Of a DNA stretch of 64,000 nt, positions 1-12,513 are shown in pieces. The stretch lies in assembly GCA_001662655.1 (NCBI GenBank), contig KV460215.1; one strand, given 5' to 3'. Position 1 is the first letter of the stretch. Each line of letters begins with the position of its first letter. Position numbers and translations under genes: made by a program. Source of the DNA: Pseudogymnoascus verrucosus (Eukaryota). The notes beneath the pieces were generated by a model, which worked only from the letters and a program-made list of their open reading frames with translations, did no database searches and was not told where the DNA came from.

Positions 1-101
1 AGAATGATTGATTTTTGCTCTTTGCCATACATATTTGACGCTCCTGTGAACGTCTTTGAACTGAATAAAGGCGCTAGGCGCTATAGCCTACTTGATATAA
101 T

Positions 102-793
102 TTACGAAAGACATTTTCCAAGTTCTTCTATCCCCAAAGAGTCAATAAAACCGCGTTTAGCTGGAAGAGGTCCGCCTATCACGGCGCAAGAGTCAAAATC
201 GACTAAGATTGCATTCTCGCTCTGTATTGTTGGGAACATGACATTGGATGCTTTGACGTCGTTATGGGCCAGATTGAAGCAGTGAAGATGGGCAATGGCT
301 GCGCTGATCTGATTAACGACAAGTGCCTTGTTTATTAACAAACCTCTTGCCTTCCTTTCTTCAGCAGTCTCAGCATAGCGCTGAAAGCAAAGGCTGCAAT
401 TCGGCCCTCTTGCACATAACATCCAAGATACCTAGCAACGTTTGGATGGGAGTTCTGCATCAAAATCTCGCATACGCGAGCCTCTTGAAGGATCAAATGA
501 GCAAGAGCGGGAGTGCTGTCGTATGCAGTAAGACGGGGTTTCTTGATATAGATGTCAGGATTGGTAGGGTCGTCGCAGACGGTAAGACCCCCCTCAAGAA
601 GTGGCCAAATGTGCCCCCGGAGAATCTTTTGGGGGTTGAGGGCATTGATGCTTTCGGTGTCGAGTTTAGGTCGGCGCTCTTTAGACTGACAAAAGAAGTA
701 ATCTCCGCCGTCTTTAAAAACGATTTGTGTATAAAGATGTTCTGCTGGGTCTGTATCAAAACTCCACTGCTGAGCTGATCTCGCTACCTCCAT
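102..793 (-). pseudogene. Ser/Thr protein kinase-like gene with one frameshift near 392
   Basis: ORF 335-793 (IYIKKP..EARVCEIL..HPNVARYLGC) continues in ORF 102-422 (LCFQRY..HNDVKASNVM..LVDFDSC). Adding one G at att gca g(g)c ctt gives IAGLCFQRY. Confidence 0.75.
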
Positions 794-1538
794 GTTGTAT
801 GGGGATCTACGATAAAGTTCGTTGACAGACGGCTTTCGAGTTTTGGAAATTAGCTTTAAGGACCCACTTGTCGTGTTTTATAGAACAGGTATGTTTGTAA
901 GTTGGAGCCTTTTCGCTGATTGATGGTCGAGAATTTTACTGTGATGTCGATATGCTACTAGACCAAACAGAACTCTATGTCATTTCCTGCGATGTAGAGC
1001 CTCTCTAGCACGTGTTTGCTTCTGTCCTCAGCCTGCAGCGATGATTGAAGGTATTGCGCGTTTAGAATGAATGGTGTTTCGAGTCGTAGTTATTTGAGGT
1101 TGCCGTCTAGACTCGTATTGAGTTCCGCAGATTGGGGAACCCCGGTGCATGTTTCCTAATGTTGTCCTGCAGCTAATGTCATGGTGCAGCTGCCTGCAGT
1201 ATCCCAACTGAAGGCTCAGCGCCAATGTATTTTCCTCAGTACCCCTCCCCAGCCTCGTTTCGTTTCTTGATTCTTGAACTTCATCTTTCTCTCAACTCTT
1301 TGTCCCTGGTCGAATCGAATTGTCTGAGACAGTTTGCGACCATCTTCGTGAGCGCGAGCTTCTCCATATGGGGTGCAGCATCACCTAGCAGGGGTACATA
1401 GGGTGTTGCAGCGAGCGATTATCCGCAGCCCTTCAGCTACAATTTTCTACTTGCAGAGCAGCATATTAGCTGAGGCGAATCCTTGGACAGCATATAGGAC
1501 TTTTCATAGCATCTAGGGCTGCTTGGCAGCTTGATATC

Positions 1539-4500
1539 ATGGTGCGCCTATCTACTAACACGCAAGAGGGTACACCGCCGACTGATAAACGCAATGACAG
1601 ACATCGAGCAGGCGTTTCTCCCACCTTGGTGCAGAAATAGTTGAAGAGGGGCACAATCCGACCATAGAGTAGTTATTCTAACCCGACATTATGGCCGTTT
1701 CTAACTTCTATTAGCATTGTTTTCGTTCACGGGCTCATGGGGAATCCTCGAACGACATGGACAGGCATTTCACCACCACCGAGTGCCGAAAGCGAACATA
1801 AAAGGTCGTTATGGCAGAAAATAACTCAAAAGAAATCACCGACGACGTGGGAATCACAACCCCAGCCGGTCTTTTGGCCGAAGGAATTCTTGCCGCGAGA
1901 TGTGCCGCACGCTAGAATCATCACGTACGGCTACGACGCGAAGGTGGTGGAATTGTTCCAGTCTGTCTCCCAAAACAGTCTCTATGCTATTTCTCGGGAC
2001 ATTTTGAACGATTTGCAGATTTCTAGGGAAGATTCAGCAGAGGTAGATCTATATGAGATGGTTGACCCGAGATAATGCCCTAACATATGTCCAGACCTCT
2101 CGACCCATTCTCTGGATCGCGCACTCTCTCGGTGGGATAGTAGTTAAAGATGAAAGTATCATTTTAAGCTAATGGTTCATATCACTAATACTTCAATAGG
2201 CTCTGAGCCAGTCTCACGCTCTTCAGCAGAAGCAGCCTCATCTGTTTGGTATTTACTCTTCGACTATTGGAATCATTTATCTCGGGACACCTCATAGAGG
2301 AAGTGGAGGGGCAACTCTCGGCCTCGTTGCAGCATCAGCTGCAAGCTGTTTCCTTCAAAGTCCAAATAAACACCTCCTGCGAAGCCTCGAATCTAGTTCG
2401 GCTGAGTTAGAACGGATTTCGGATGTATTCTCCCTCCTCCCTAAAAAGGTCGACAAAACGATCCAAGAGTACTCCTTTCAGGAGGATAGAGGGATGGCCT
2501 CTGCCCTTCCTCTCATTGGTGGTAAGGTAGGTTCTTATTTCAATCTATCTTTGAATCGTAGCGAGTTATTGACTAAACTTAGGTGGTACCGGACAGCTCC
2601 TCGAGACTCGACGATGGGGTAGGCAGTACTAGCAACATTGCTGCTAATCATCGAGATATGTGTAAATTTGTATCATCAACGAGTCGAGATTACCTACGAG
2701 TTATCAGTGTCATCAAAAGGTTCTCCAAGTCTACAGTGTCAGACTCTAGTAGTTTAGCAGCAGATATTGCACCAGGTATATCTTCGATCTAATTATATGT
2801 GAGAAAGTGCTTTGCTTTCACGCCCAATATAGAATATAGAGGGCAAAAGCTGACTATCAACAGCACTTAGTCAACCCAATATACAACCCGAGGGCCAATA
2901 CATCAGAGCATCGAGTCGTGACTCCCATAGAAGGAGAGAATCCCTTCAGTTCCAAAGAAGGAGCGCTAGTAGCTTCAATGCTAGCGACGATGGCATTTCT
3001 ATAACTTCGGTTGGTATAAACGAGGCCCAAAGCTCATCGTTGATGATCCCACGCCATCGAACCTCTACATCCTCGCATAAGCAAGAAAAGCACTTCTTTG
3101 AGTTGCCGCTTCTAGACAATCCTCATTTTACCGGCAGAGAGCAGCATTTGCAGCAGCTGCAAAGTGTATTTCCTATTGAAGACCAGGCTGCTAATAATCC
3201 TCCCCGGCGGCAAAGAAGCTCTAAAGATCTTCGACGTGCAATTCTTATGGGGCTGGGTGGATGTGGAAAGACGGAAATTGCTTTGAAATATGCCAGACTC
3301 CACCGAAACGATTACACAGCTGTAATCTGGGTTGATGGCACAAGCCCTAAGACATTGGCCTCCTCATTTAATCGCATATCATCCATATTCCCTCGCGCAC
3401 TGAAAGGCGAGCTCCAACAAAGAAGTAATTTCCAATTCAGCCCTCGAAATTCTACTACCGACTTGCCTGCAACACTCCATGGGGGCAAATTGTTCGACAT
3501 AACGAAGTGGCTTAGGGATTCTCATGATTATTCTTGGCTTGTGATCATCGACAATATGGACGACCCAGACATGATAGATGTGGTAGAGCAGCTCATTGCC
3601 AATTGGCACCATGGCCATGTTATTATAACAAGCCGCAATCGAGAAGCCAGTCGCTTAGGCACAGCGATACAGGTCACCGAGATGGAACTATCTGAGGCCA
3701 CTGAGCTTTTGCTACTTAGTATTCGGCAGACATGTCAAGATGAGACTACGAAAGAGCTAGCAAATAAACTCGCCACTAGACTTGGGAACCTCCCTTTGGC
3801 TATCGATCAAGCTGCTGCATATATTAATTACCAGCAGATGTCAATGGACGAGTATTTACTCCTGCTAGATGAGGAGCAAGCCTATCTTCTGGGGCATTCT
3901 TCCCGAAACAGATATCACAAGACGACGCAGCTAGAAGATGGCCAATACGACACAGTTCTGACGACTTGGGAGATTTCTTTCCGGCATATTAGGAAGACGC
4001 ATCTACACGCATCGCTGCTGCTGCAACTTTTTGCCTTTATGAACCCGGAGGAAATCTCTGAGGTCATCTTTTCAGATATGGCAAAGAGAAGCCCATGGGA
4101 TACATATGGGCTAAATGGCGAGCTTATTTCTATGGACCCCGCAGACTATGGTCTAGACGTAGAGCTCATGGAAGTGTTGATGTCTCACATTAAGCTTCGC
4201 GAGGCTATTGGACGTCTCCTCTCATTCTCGCTCATACGGCGCAAGGCCCAAACTAAAACACTATCTATACATCCGGTAAGTCTTTCAGAATCCTTCTACG
4301 TTGAACTATTTAAATTGACTTTAAACTATAGCTAGTGCACTTTGGGCATCGTGGAGAATGGAGAGTGAAGAAAAATCGGCGTGGATCGCGAGAACGGCTG
4401 CCATTTTGAATATGACAATACCAGTTAAAAAGCGGACGCCACCTCTCGAGTATGTGAAAGAAGACGAAGCGGACATCCGGATTCTACCACACATTCAGAT

Positions 4501-5614
4501 CATTTTTGAGTTCGCTAAGGATTTATATCCTCCTACAATCGGTTGTCCTATCCAACCGATCACAAGCCTAGAATTTCTATTTGCCTACGCATCTTATTAT
4601 ACGCCTCATCCAACTTCACACGAAATGTTTGACTTGGCAATATACCTTGCTCAATACACCCAAAGTCTCTTTTTAGAATTGTTGGTAACATGTTGGGGAG
4701 CGGCCGCTAGTTTCTGCAGAGCACCGCCGTGCTGTTCCAAGTCTAAAAGGCCGATACCCCTCATTTTAGACAGCATGCCTGAAGACAGTGAGGCATCCGA
4801 GAATTGGTTACTCGACAACCAGAGCTCAGCTTTAAACGCCCTGTATCTGCGTCTTGCGTTCCTTGTTGAACAAGTTAGGTATGAAGTGGGAAAAGGGAAT
4901 AGAGACTATCGAGAGCTTCAACATTGGATTATACAGCATGATTTGACTAAAGCGTCAAGAAAGAACACCAGGAGAGTTTTGCTGTGCTGGCGTCCTACAT
5001 CGTCATTGATGGGCGACTTAGAAGAACAAGCATGCATGCTACAGGATTTTTCTAACATCGCGTTCGGGATTACCCAGGTTGAGCTCCAATCGTTGGAGAA
5101 AACGGAGGCGAGACTGGTGCAGTGTTTTAATGCTTTCCGTAGCTTCAGCTCTCTCCACGAGCCAATATTCGCCGGGCTAGGCATATTAAGCCTTACGCCA
5201 GGTTGCCCATTCGACAGCTCGCTGGAAGCCATTTATCGGATGTTGACATTATCATCTAAGGCGGATATCCTCCGGGTATGGGAACCGATAGCTAAAGCTG
5301 TATCTGGGATTTCTATACGAGCCTACAACGACCGCGAGAAGTTGGACGTCGTAAAGCTATTTAATCATTTCAAAACACGCGAAGATAGCGAGAAGTCAAA
5401 GCTTCGAGGCAAGGGGGAGTTCGTAACAGATATTTCCGACTCTAAATGGGCCCGATTTTGTGAATTCTACCGCAAGTTTGACACCACACAAGGGGCTCTC
5501 GAGGGCGTCGCTAGAAGGGAAATATTGTATTTCCTACGCAATCCTAGCAACAGAGATGAATCTTTGGACGAAATGTCTAAGCTTCTGTCAGCATCGTTAG
5601 ATTATGCGGAGTGA
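1539..5614 (+). CDS. Fungal NLR-like protein: N-terminal alpha/beta-hydrolase (SesB/DUF676-like), NB-ARC, uncharacterised helical C-terminus; probably damaged
   Basis: Spliced exons read IVFVHGLMG, ARIITYGYD, WIAHSLGG, IIYLGTPHRGS, VVPDSS, ANHRDMCKF. They are followed by FTGRE, Walker A GLGGCGKT, Walker B WLVIIDN, IITSR, GNLPLAI and SIHP|LVH. Inferred introns ~1542-1600, 1669-1714, 2043-2094, 2152-2199, 2528-2583, 2777-2863, 4276-4331. Apparent 1-nt deletion near 4343. Confidence 0.8.
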
Positions 5615-5759
5615 ACCTCGATGGTGGCATGGGAAATATTAGTTATGATTGACTTGTTAAATAGATTGAGGCGATTTATAGCAGGCATTATAGAGGCCCG
5701 AAGACTAGTTCTAGAAAACCTCGTTGAAACTTATTAGGGAGCTTGTAAGATAGTATAAT

Positions 5760-5915
5760 TTTTGAAGCCTAAATTTTATTATTTTACTTCCTCCTATTGT
5801 GATATCCTCTACTTTAGACTAAATTATTAGGGAATTTACAAATTAATAATATTTGGAAGCCTAATGTTTATTATTATACTTCCTCCTGCTGCTATGGCCC
5901 CCACTTAGATTAAAC
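5760..5915. repeat. Imperfect ~90-bp tandem duplication (AT-rich)
   Basis: GAAGCCTAA.tttattatt.tacttcctcct...ttaga.taaa occurs at ~5765 and ~5857. Confidence 0.6.
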
Positions 5916-7075
5916 CTGTAATTATTGCAACTATCAAAACCCCTATTTGTTAGAACGGTTATGTAGTTGTCAGTCACTCTTCGACCCCACCATACAAATA
6001 TAATAGATATATGGTCTTTCTGGGCAGCCGTACTCACCACGTGCCTCCACTAGAGTGGTTCCGAGCTACACCACCAAACTATACGAACTAGGCAGGAACT
6101 TATAATTGGAACACCCATGCGCGCGAGTCAACCCGACCAAATCCCATTTTGCGACAATTCGCGTTCTACTGTTCTACTATTCTACTACACGAAACGAACA
6201 GTTCGTGCTTGAAGCTTTTCTTTTCTGATTTCATATGCAGTACGACTTAACTACCACCTCATCGCATCTGATATCTGATCTCCAGATCTCCAATTAATAT
6301 ACGGCCTATAATTGTTACTAGGTCCGTGTGCTATTAACAGCCACACTACCTCCACTGCTACTTGCACACTATCTGCCTCGTCAAGGCGTTGTTGCTTCAG
6401 CTCCCATACAGTATCGGGGTAAGCGCGCATTTCCTAATCCCCTTCCCCCACAACGCGCCCTTCCACCACCCAAACGACCGCCACGACCGCCACGATCAAG
6501 ACCCTAAACCACTCCTCAAAGGGCTCTGCACAGCGAACCGACTCAGAACTCGCATTTGAGTCTCATCGTCGACTCTATATCGATCTAGCGGGCCCTGAAC
6601 TGACCCTGTGGCATAGTTAAACCTAGGTTTCACGTCGGCGCCCGTGTGAGATTGCGCGACTTCAGCTGTCCGTTATCGAGACGAACTTTTGCGACCGCCA
6701 CAACTCCCACTTCAGTAATCTCTCGGCTCTATCGTGCGAGATAATATCACTTTGGGCTCTTACAACTGTTCGAACTCTATTGCGCAACAGTGAGGAGGTC
6801 ATAATAATATATTCTTACACGACAGGCTTGCCCCGACGCTCGAGTCTCCTGTTGCTACGAAATTACGGGGTTACCTGACTTGTGGGCATTTACCCCCCCG
6901 CCTATGCGACCATTCCCACCGTCTCGACACACGACAGTTCGAATACACGGCAGAAAGGAACAACAAACATTAAGAGGCAAAGAAGCTTATACTCTGCATA
7001 CATACTATAAACGCAATTAGCGCCGGGAGTTATTCTGGGTGCGCTTTTTTGCTGTTCGCCTCAGCATCCGTTGCA

Positions 7076-7114
7076 CAGCCTCCGAGGCTGAGCTCCCCTG
7101 TACCTGAGAGGCTG
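7076..7114. promoter_or_regulatory. Cluster of three CDRE-like (GAGGCTG) sites upstream of crzA
   Basis: CAGCCTC 7076-7082 and GAGGCTG 7084-7090 form an inverted pair with a 1-nt spacer; a third GAGGCTG is at 7108-7114. These match the Crz1 response-element core. Confidence 0.45.
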
Positions 7115-7191
7115 AGGTGCCGCCCGCGTCAACGACACACGCCAACTGCTACGTCAGATATAGCGACAGTAGCATAAATACATTTAGCATC

Positions 7192-9452
7192 ATGGATCAC
7201 CAAGGGACTTCCCCGACTGGGGAGCACCCGAACCATTTAAAGCAGGAGTCGTCGCCGCAGCCAAGTAGCTATCAAGACGATATCAACCCCGCCAACCTCG
7301 GGCTCGGTATCAACAACGGCAATCTTCAGGAACAATATTCTAGCGGACAATTTTCGCAGGGCCAGACTTTACCAGTATTCGAGACGAACGTCGAACAGAA
7401 CCAGCAATTCTCGCAGGGGAACATTGGAGAACCTCTTTACGCGTTGAGCCAAAACCAGAACGCCCAGCCAGAATTCCAGCAACAGTTCGACGGCAACCAG
7501 CAGTACCAGAACCAGGAATTCAACTACAGCAACAACTTCCTCGGAGTAAACAACTATAACGGCGGAGACTTCTCGCTCTATCCGAATCCTCAGACCCAGA
7601 ACGAGATCTACGATCCCTCGTTATATTTAAACGACTCGCCTCAGCCATCTGTCAACCCGGCGGATCTAATTGGCGATATATCCTCACCCCCACATCACAC
7701 ACCAACACCGCCCCAGATGCTCACAGCAGAGCTTCCGCAGACGTCGTCTGCTCAGCATTCGCCATCATTCAACCAGCACCAATTCCCGCGGTCGCCTGGA
7801 CACTCGAGAACAGCCTCGTTGCAGCCGGAGAGCGCCCAGTTCCCGAATGCCCAGCTCCCGACAGACTGGGGCATGATCCCACAGCAATTCAAGACTCATC
7901 GGAAGACTCCCTCGGAATACTCTGATGTCTCTGCATCTTCGGTAGCGCCATCGCCTAATTTGGGACTCCATGATAGCTTTGACACAACGGACCAGCGCCA
8001 TTCTCCGCTAGTTCACCCACAGGACCAAGGTATCTACCAGGACCTTGGAGCGATGGGAAACTTCTCGATATCGGATCCTCATCATGGGACTAGCCCTTTG
8101 AATGGCAGGAGCCCGGCTCATTCGCCCCAACCGTCACCACGACTCGATCCGCAGCAGATGGGCCAGATGAACCAGCAGAGCCCGTTCATGTTGAGTATGA
8201 ACATGCCGAATAATGGATACATCCAACAGCCTACCCTGGATATGTATGGTCAACAGCAATTCAAGCAGGAGAATTTTGGGGAGATGGGCCAGGAACAGCA
8301 GGGCCAGGGACCACAGATGCCGCCCCCTGATATCAATATCGAGTTTGCGCCGGCGTCGAGGCAGAACAGCTTCCCGGTGAAGGCACCGTTAGATCAAGAT
8401 GCCCTGACCCCACCGCAACGAGGTAAGACGCCTTATATCAGCGAATATGAACCTTGATACTAACATCAACAGGACGGCGACCTAGAGCTAGCTCCGATAT
8501 TACCGGTACTGGGCTCTCGCAGTTTTCACGCCAAGGAACACCGAGCAACCTCGGCCCTGGTTCAGATCGTGGATCGTCTCCACCAGGTCGATCACTGTCT
8601 CCTCTAGATAGGGCCGGTGCATCCACCCCAGGCCACCGACGCCGGCAGTCCACATCCGCAATTCCCAACCAGCGCGACTATATTCTCGGCCTCGCAGACC
8701 CCGAATATCAAGCCGCATCCGGCAGCGCAGAAAACGGCAACCCGAAGCGCGTCCAGAAGCACCCCGCCACCTTCCAGTGCACCCTCTGCCCCAAGCGCTT
8801 CACCCGCGCTTACAACCTGCGCTCCCATCTCAGAACCCACACCGACGAGCGACCCTTCGTCTGCACCGTCTGCAGCAAAGCCTTCGCGCGCCAACACGAC
8901 CGAAAGCGGCACGAAGGGCTACACTCTGGCGAGAAGAAGTTCGTCTGCAAAGGCGAGCTAAAGCAAGGCGGACAATGGGGCTGCGGCCGACGCTTCGCCC
9001 GCGCCGACGCCCTCGGTCGGCATTTCCGCTCTGAAGCGGGCAGGATCTGCATCAAGCCGCTGCTGGACGAGGAGCACATCGAGCGGCAGCGGCTGTGGCA
9101 CGAGCAGCACATGGCGCAGAATATGCAGCAGCAGCAACCGCTGCCGCCGCAGAGTATGGACGCGAACGGGTTCCCCATGGACGCGAGCGGGAACTACACG
9201 CTCCCTGCTGCGCTGCTGGCGCAGTACCCCGCGCTCGCGGGACTGAGCTGGGCGGATCTGCCGCAGGGAGACGCGATGGAGGATGATGTTAGTGGGAGGA
9301 GCAGCTTTGATGCGAGTGGGAGTGAGTATTATGATGAGGGGGATGAGGGGGGGTATGTGAGTGGGCCGGGGACGGGGTTTACGCAGGGGCAGATGCCGGA
9401 TGGGTATCGCGTTGATTATGCGAGTGATTATGGCGGCGGTGGTGGGAGGTGA
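7192..9452 (+). CDS. crzA: Calcineurin-responsive C2H2 transcription factor CrzA/Crz1
   Basis: Q/S-rich N-terminus, PxIxIT-like PDINIE, and fingers KHPATFQCTLCPKRFTRAYNLRSHLRTH..ARQHDRKRHEGLH..GCGRRFARADALGRHF. Intron 8423-8472 (GTAAGA..CTAAC..CAG). Confidence 0.95.
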
Positions 9453-10910
9453 GGAGGAGGGGTGCGAAGAGGCGGGTGAGAAAGGGGTGAGAAGGGGGGT
9501 TTAGCACGTGAGCAGAGCAGCATGATGGGGTGGTTTGGCTTGGTTTACATTCTTTTTTCATGGCTTGGCTTGGGAGGGGGGAATGATAGAAGGGGATGGG
9601 ATGGGGATCACTACTATGGATGAAATACGGCGTCTTTTATTTTTTCGACATCGACATACGGACGGGGCATTATGTAACGGCCTATCGGTGGGGTCATGTC
9701 CATTTGAATTGGGTTTATTTATTCTTCTCGACGCTTCTATTTTTTTTTTCTCTCTTGGGATCTAGTCGCTATATTCCCGCGATGTTTTCTTGGTTGTCAC
9801 GATACCCTTCGATCGGATTAGACTAGCTGCAGCTTCTTACTTATTACAGTAGTATTAGTCGGTTATGGAATACTCTTTTTTTTGGTTAATGCGCATATGT
9901 GGATTTTTTGTTATGTGGATTTGTATGCGGATTTGTTATGTGGACAGGCCCGATTAGGCGCTGATTTAGATGGAGATTTGATGAGGTGGATGCGGCGGTG
10001 CGTCATTGTTTTCTGTGTGTGTGTTGTGTTGTGTTGTGTGTGTGGAGATCCGTGGCGGCATGGAGTGCGGGAGGGAGAGGTTGGTCATGTGACTGGGGAT
10101 AGCCTTACCACACTGGTACTGTCAATTACTACTATACTTGTTGTATGTATGTGTGTACCTACGTAGTAAAACCCCCCCAAGGTGGACAAATATATCCCAC
10201 CACCACCATCATCCCACCATCCCACTATACCTTCATAGCCCTCTCCCTCTCTCCCTCTCCAATTCCCAAAATCCCATATACAAGAAACCCATCTCAAACG
10301 CCCATCCCTCCATCCCAGCCTTACCACCTCATACATCCATTCCACCCTACCTACCTCTTCCTTCCTCCCCCTTCCACCCCTCTACTCTATCGCGCCGTAG
10401 CGTCCACGCACCTGCAGGACGACTATCATGCACGCCCTTGGCACCCACGACACTCGCCAATCCCCCCGCGCCGGTTGGCCGACACACACAGTATCCCACC
10501 ACACACCCAGCGCGCGCACCCCCACACACGAGCCACCACGGGCACACTTTGCTGAGGCTGGCGAGTCATAGGCGCCGCTGGGCGATGGGCGTGAGTGGAA
10601 AGGGGGGGGGGTTTGGTAATTGGGTGTTCATACATGTGGTAGAGTGGGTGTTGTGTGCCAAGGGGGGTGGGAAGTACAGTGGTGAGTGTGAGTCGTGTGT
10701 CTAACCGGATTGTGCTGCTGGAGGGGGGAGGTGGCCTGATGGTGGGGGGTGGTGCTGTGGGATAGGGTTAGGATGGGTTTGGGTGTGCTGTGTTGTGAGC
10801 CGATGGGGATGGTAGATGTGGACAAGGAGGGAAGGAAGGAAGCTGGCTGGTCGGTCTGATACAGGGCAGGGAAGGTTAGGAGTACAGTATGTGCTGCGTG
10901 CGTGTGCTGT

Positions 10911-11090
10911 ATGGACGACGACGATGCCAAATCACACTCTCGAGCCAGCGCAAGAGTCAGCCTGGTCAGCACCATTCCACAGCCAGATCCAGCTGGAATG
11001 CCCCTCCAATACCCGCATAGGGACGGCGCGTTTCTGTCCCTTCCTCCCCTTCGCCGCCGAATCTCGGGAAGCACCAGAGGCGATCAAGAG
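10911..11090 (+). CDS. Candidate distal first coding exon of the large WG-repeat gene
   Basis: ATG 10911, 60 codons (MDDDDAKSHSR..GDQE) ending at a phase-0 donor GTACTT at 11091, compatible with the acceptor at 12913. Confidence 0.4.
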
Positions 11091-12513
11091 GTACTTCCTT
11101 TACCTGCTCCCTTTACTGGACATACACTACTGTACTGGACGCACAGTAGTGCCCACGCATCCCTCTAGCGGCCACACAGCTCCATGCATCGTGCTGTCAT
11201 AGCCTGTCAGCATACCCGGAGCGAGCCCTGTCGAGCTTGTGTGTGGTGTGTGGCGTGTGTGTGTGGGAGACGGCGGCACATGCATTGGCTCGCGCATACA
11301 ACCTCAAACAGTCGCTCTGTCGCTCTGTCGGGATGGATGGGGATGGATAGACATGCTGCGTTTGGCGTGGCTGGCTGCTCTGCTCTAGCTGGTACACAAC
11401 CCATGCGGTCGTGCGACACTGTGCAGATTTTTCCCTCCTCGTCCTCTTCCCGCTACGCTACGCTGTGCTGTGCTGTGCTATATATTTGCGGCGTGTTGTT
11501 TTGTTTCTCGGGATATCCACAAAAAAAAACACTAAAGTTTCCCCCTCTAGTGACGGTTACGGTGACGACGATACCCGCCATTGTTTACTTTTCTCTCCCT
11601 CTACGCGCCCGCTCCCCTCACCAAAACTCCACTCACTTTGCCTGGCACGGACTTCGATGCAAGGGGTGGGATAAGGGCACACAACCACACTCCTCCGAAC
11701 CGACTGATACACAACAACTAATCTGGCTTCGCGCCTGAAAAGATTTCGGAAATCAGAAACACCCAGCGCCCGCACTGCGGCCCCCAGTGTCAATCCGGCA
11801 GGAACTGACAGGGAACCGGGGGAACCTCCTCCACTATTTCCTCCACCTCCCTCCACCTCCCTCCACTTGGGTTGTCCTTGGGTGTCCGCTACTCGACGGC
11901 TTTTTTGTCTACGAAAGGTTGTATTGGTCTACCTTGGCTATACAACTCCACGATACCGATACCTTACATACTCCCCAGCCTCTTTTTTTTTTGCCGTCTC
12001 CACCCAATAACCGCCCGGCATTTGGGTGCTTTTGTTGTTGTGAGGTCCCAGAAGGAGAAGAAGAGAGACACTTGACTGACATGCTTTGTACATTTTTACT
12101 GTAAGTAGTACAACTGACATAGTACGCTGATATAGTACGAGTACAACATTCCCGAACGAAAAGTACGGAGTACAAACCTGCCAAAATTCCTCCCTTGTGA
12201 CCCCGTCGCTCAAATACTCTAAGAAGCAAGCTGGTGTCTGGTGTCGCGCGGCTGCTTCTTTATCCCGACTACATTCGTCCCTCGTCCTTCTTTTACCTCT
12301 CGTCATCGCATACCCAAGGAATCGAACGGTACCATCTGTATAGTCGGATCGAGTATACTCCTCCGGCGACCCCCCACGAATCTCTCTCCACCCGCCATCT
12401 AAAAAAAAAGCGTCGCAGGCGTCCCACGATCACTCCTCGCTCGCGCACCTTCCGCCACATAGCTTCGATGAGTCTGACACCTCTCTGCCATCTCACGACC
12501 TCGAATACACATA

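Noticed and set aside
2864..3110. Amyloid signalling motif in the NLR linker
   Set aside because: The linker is Ser/Arg-rich with no N/Q/G pseudo-repeat of HET-s, PP or sigma type.
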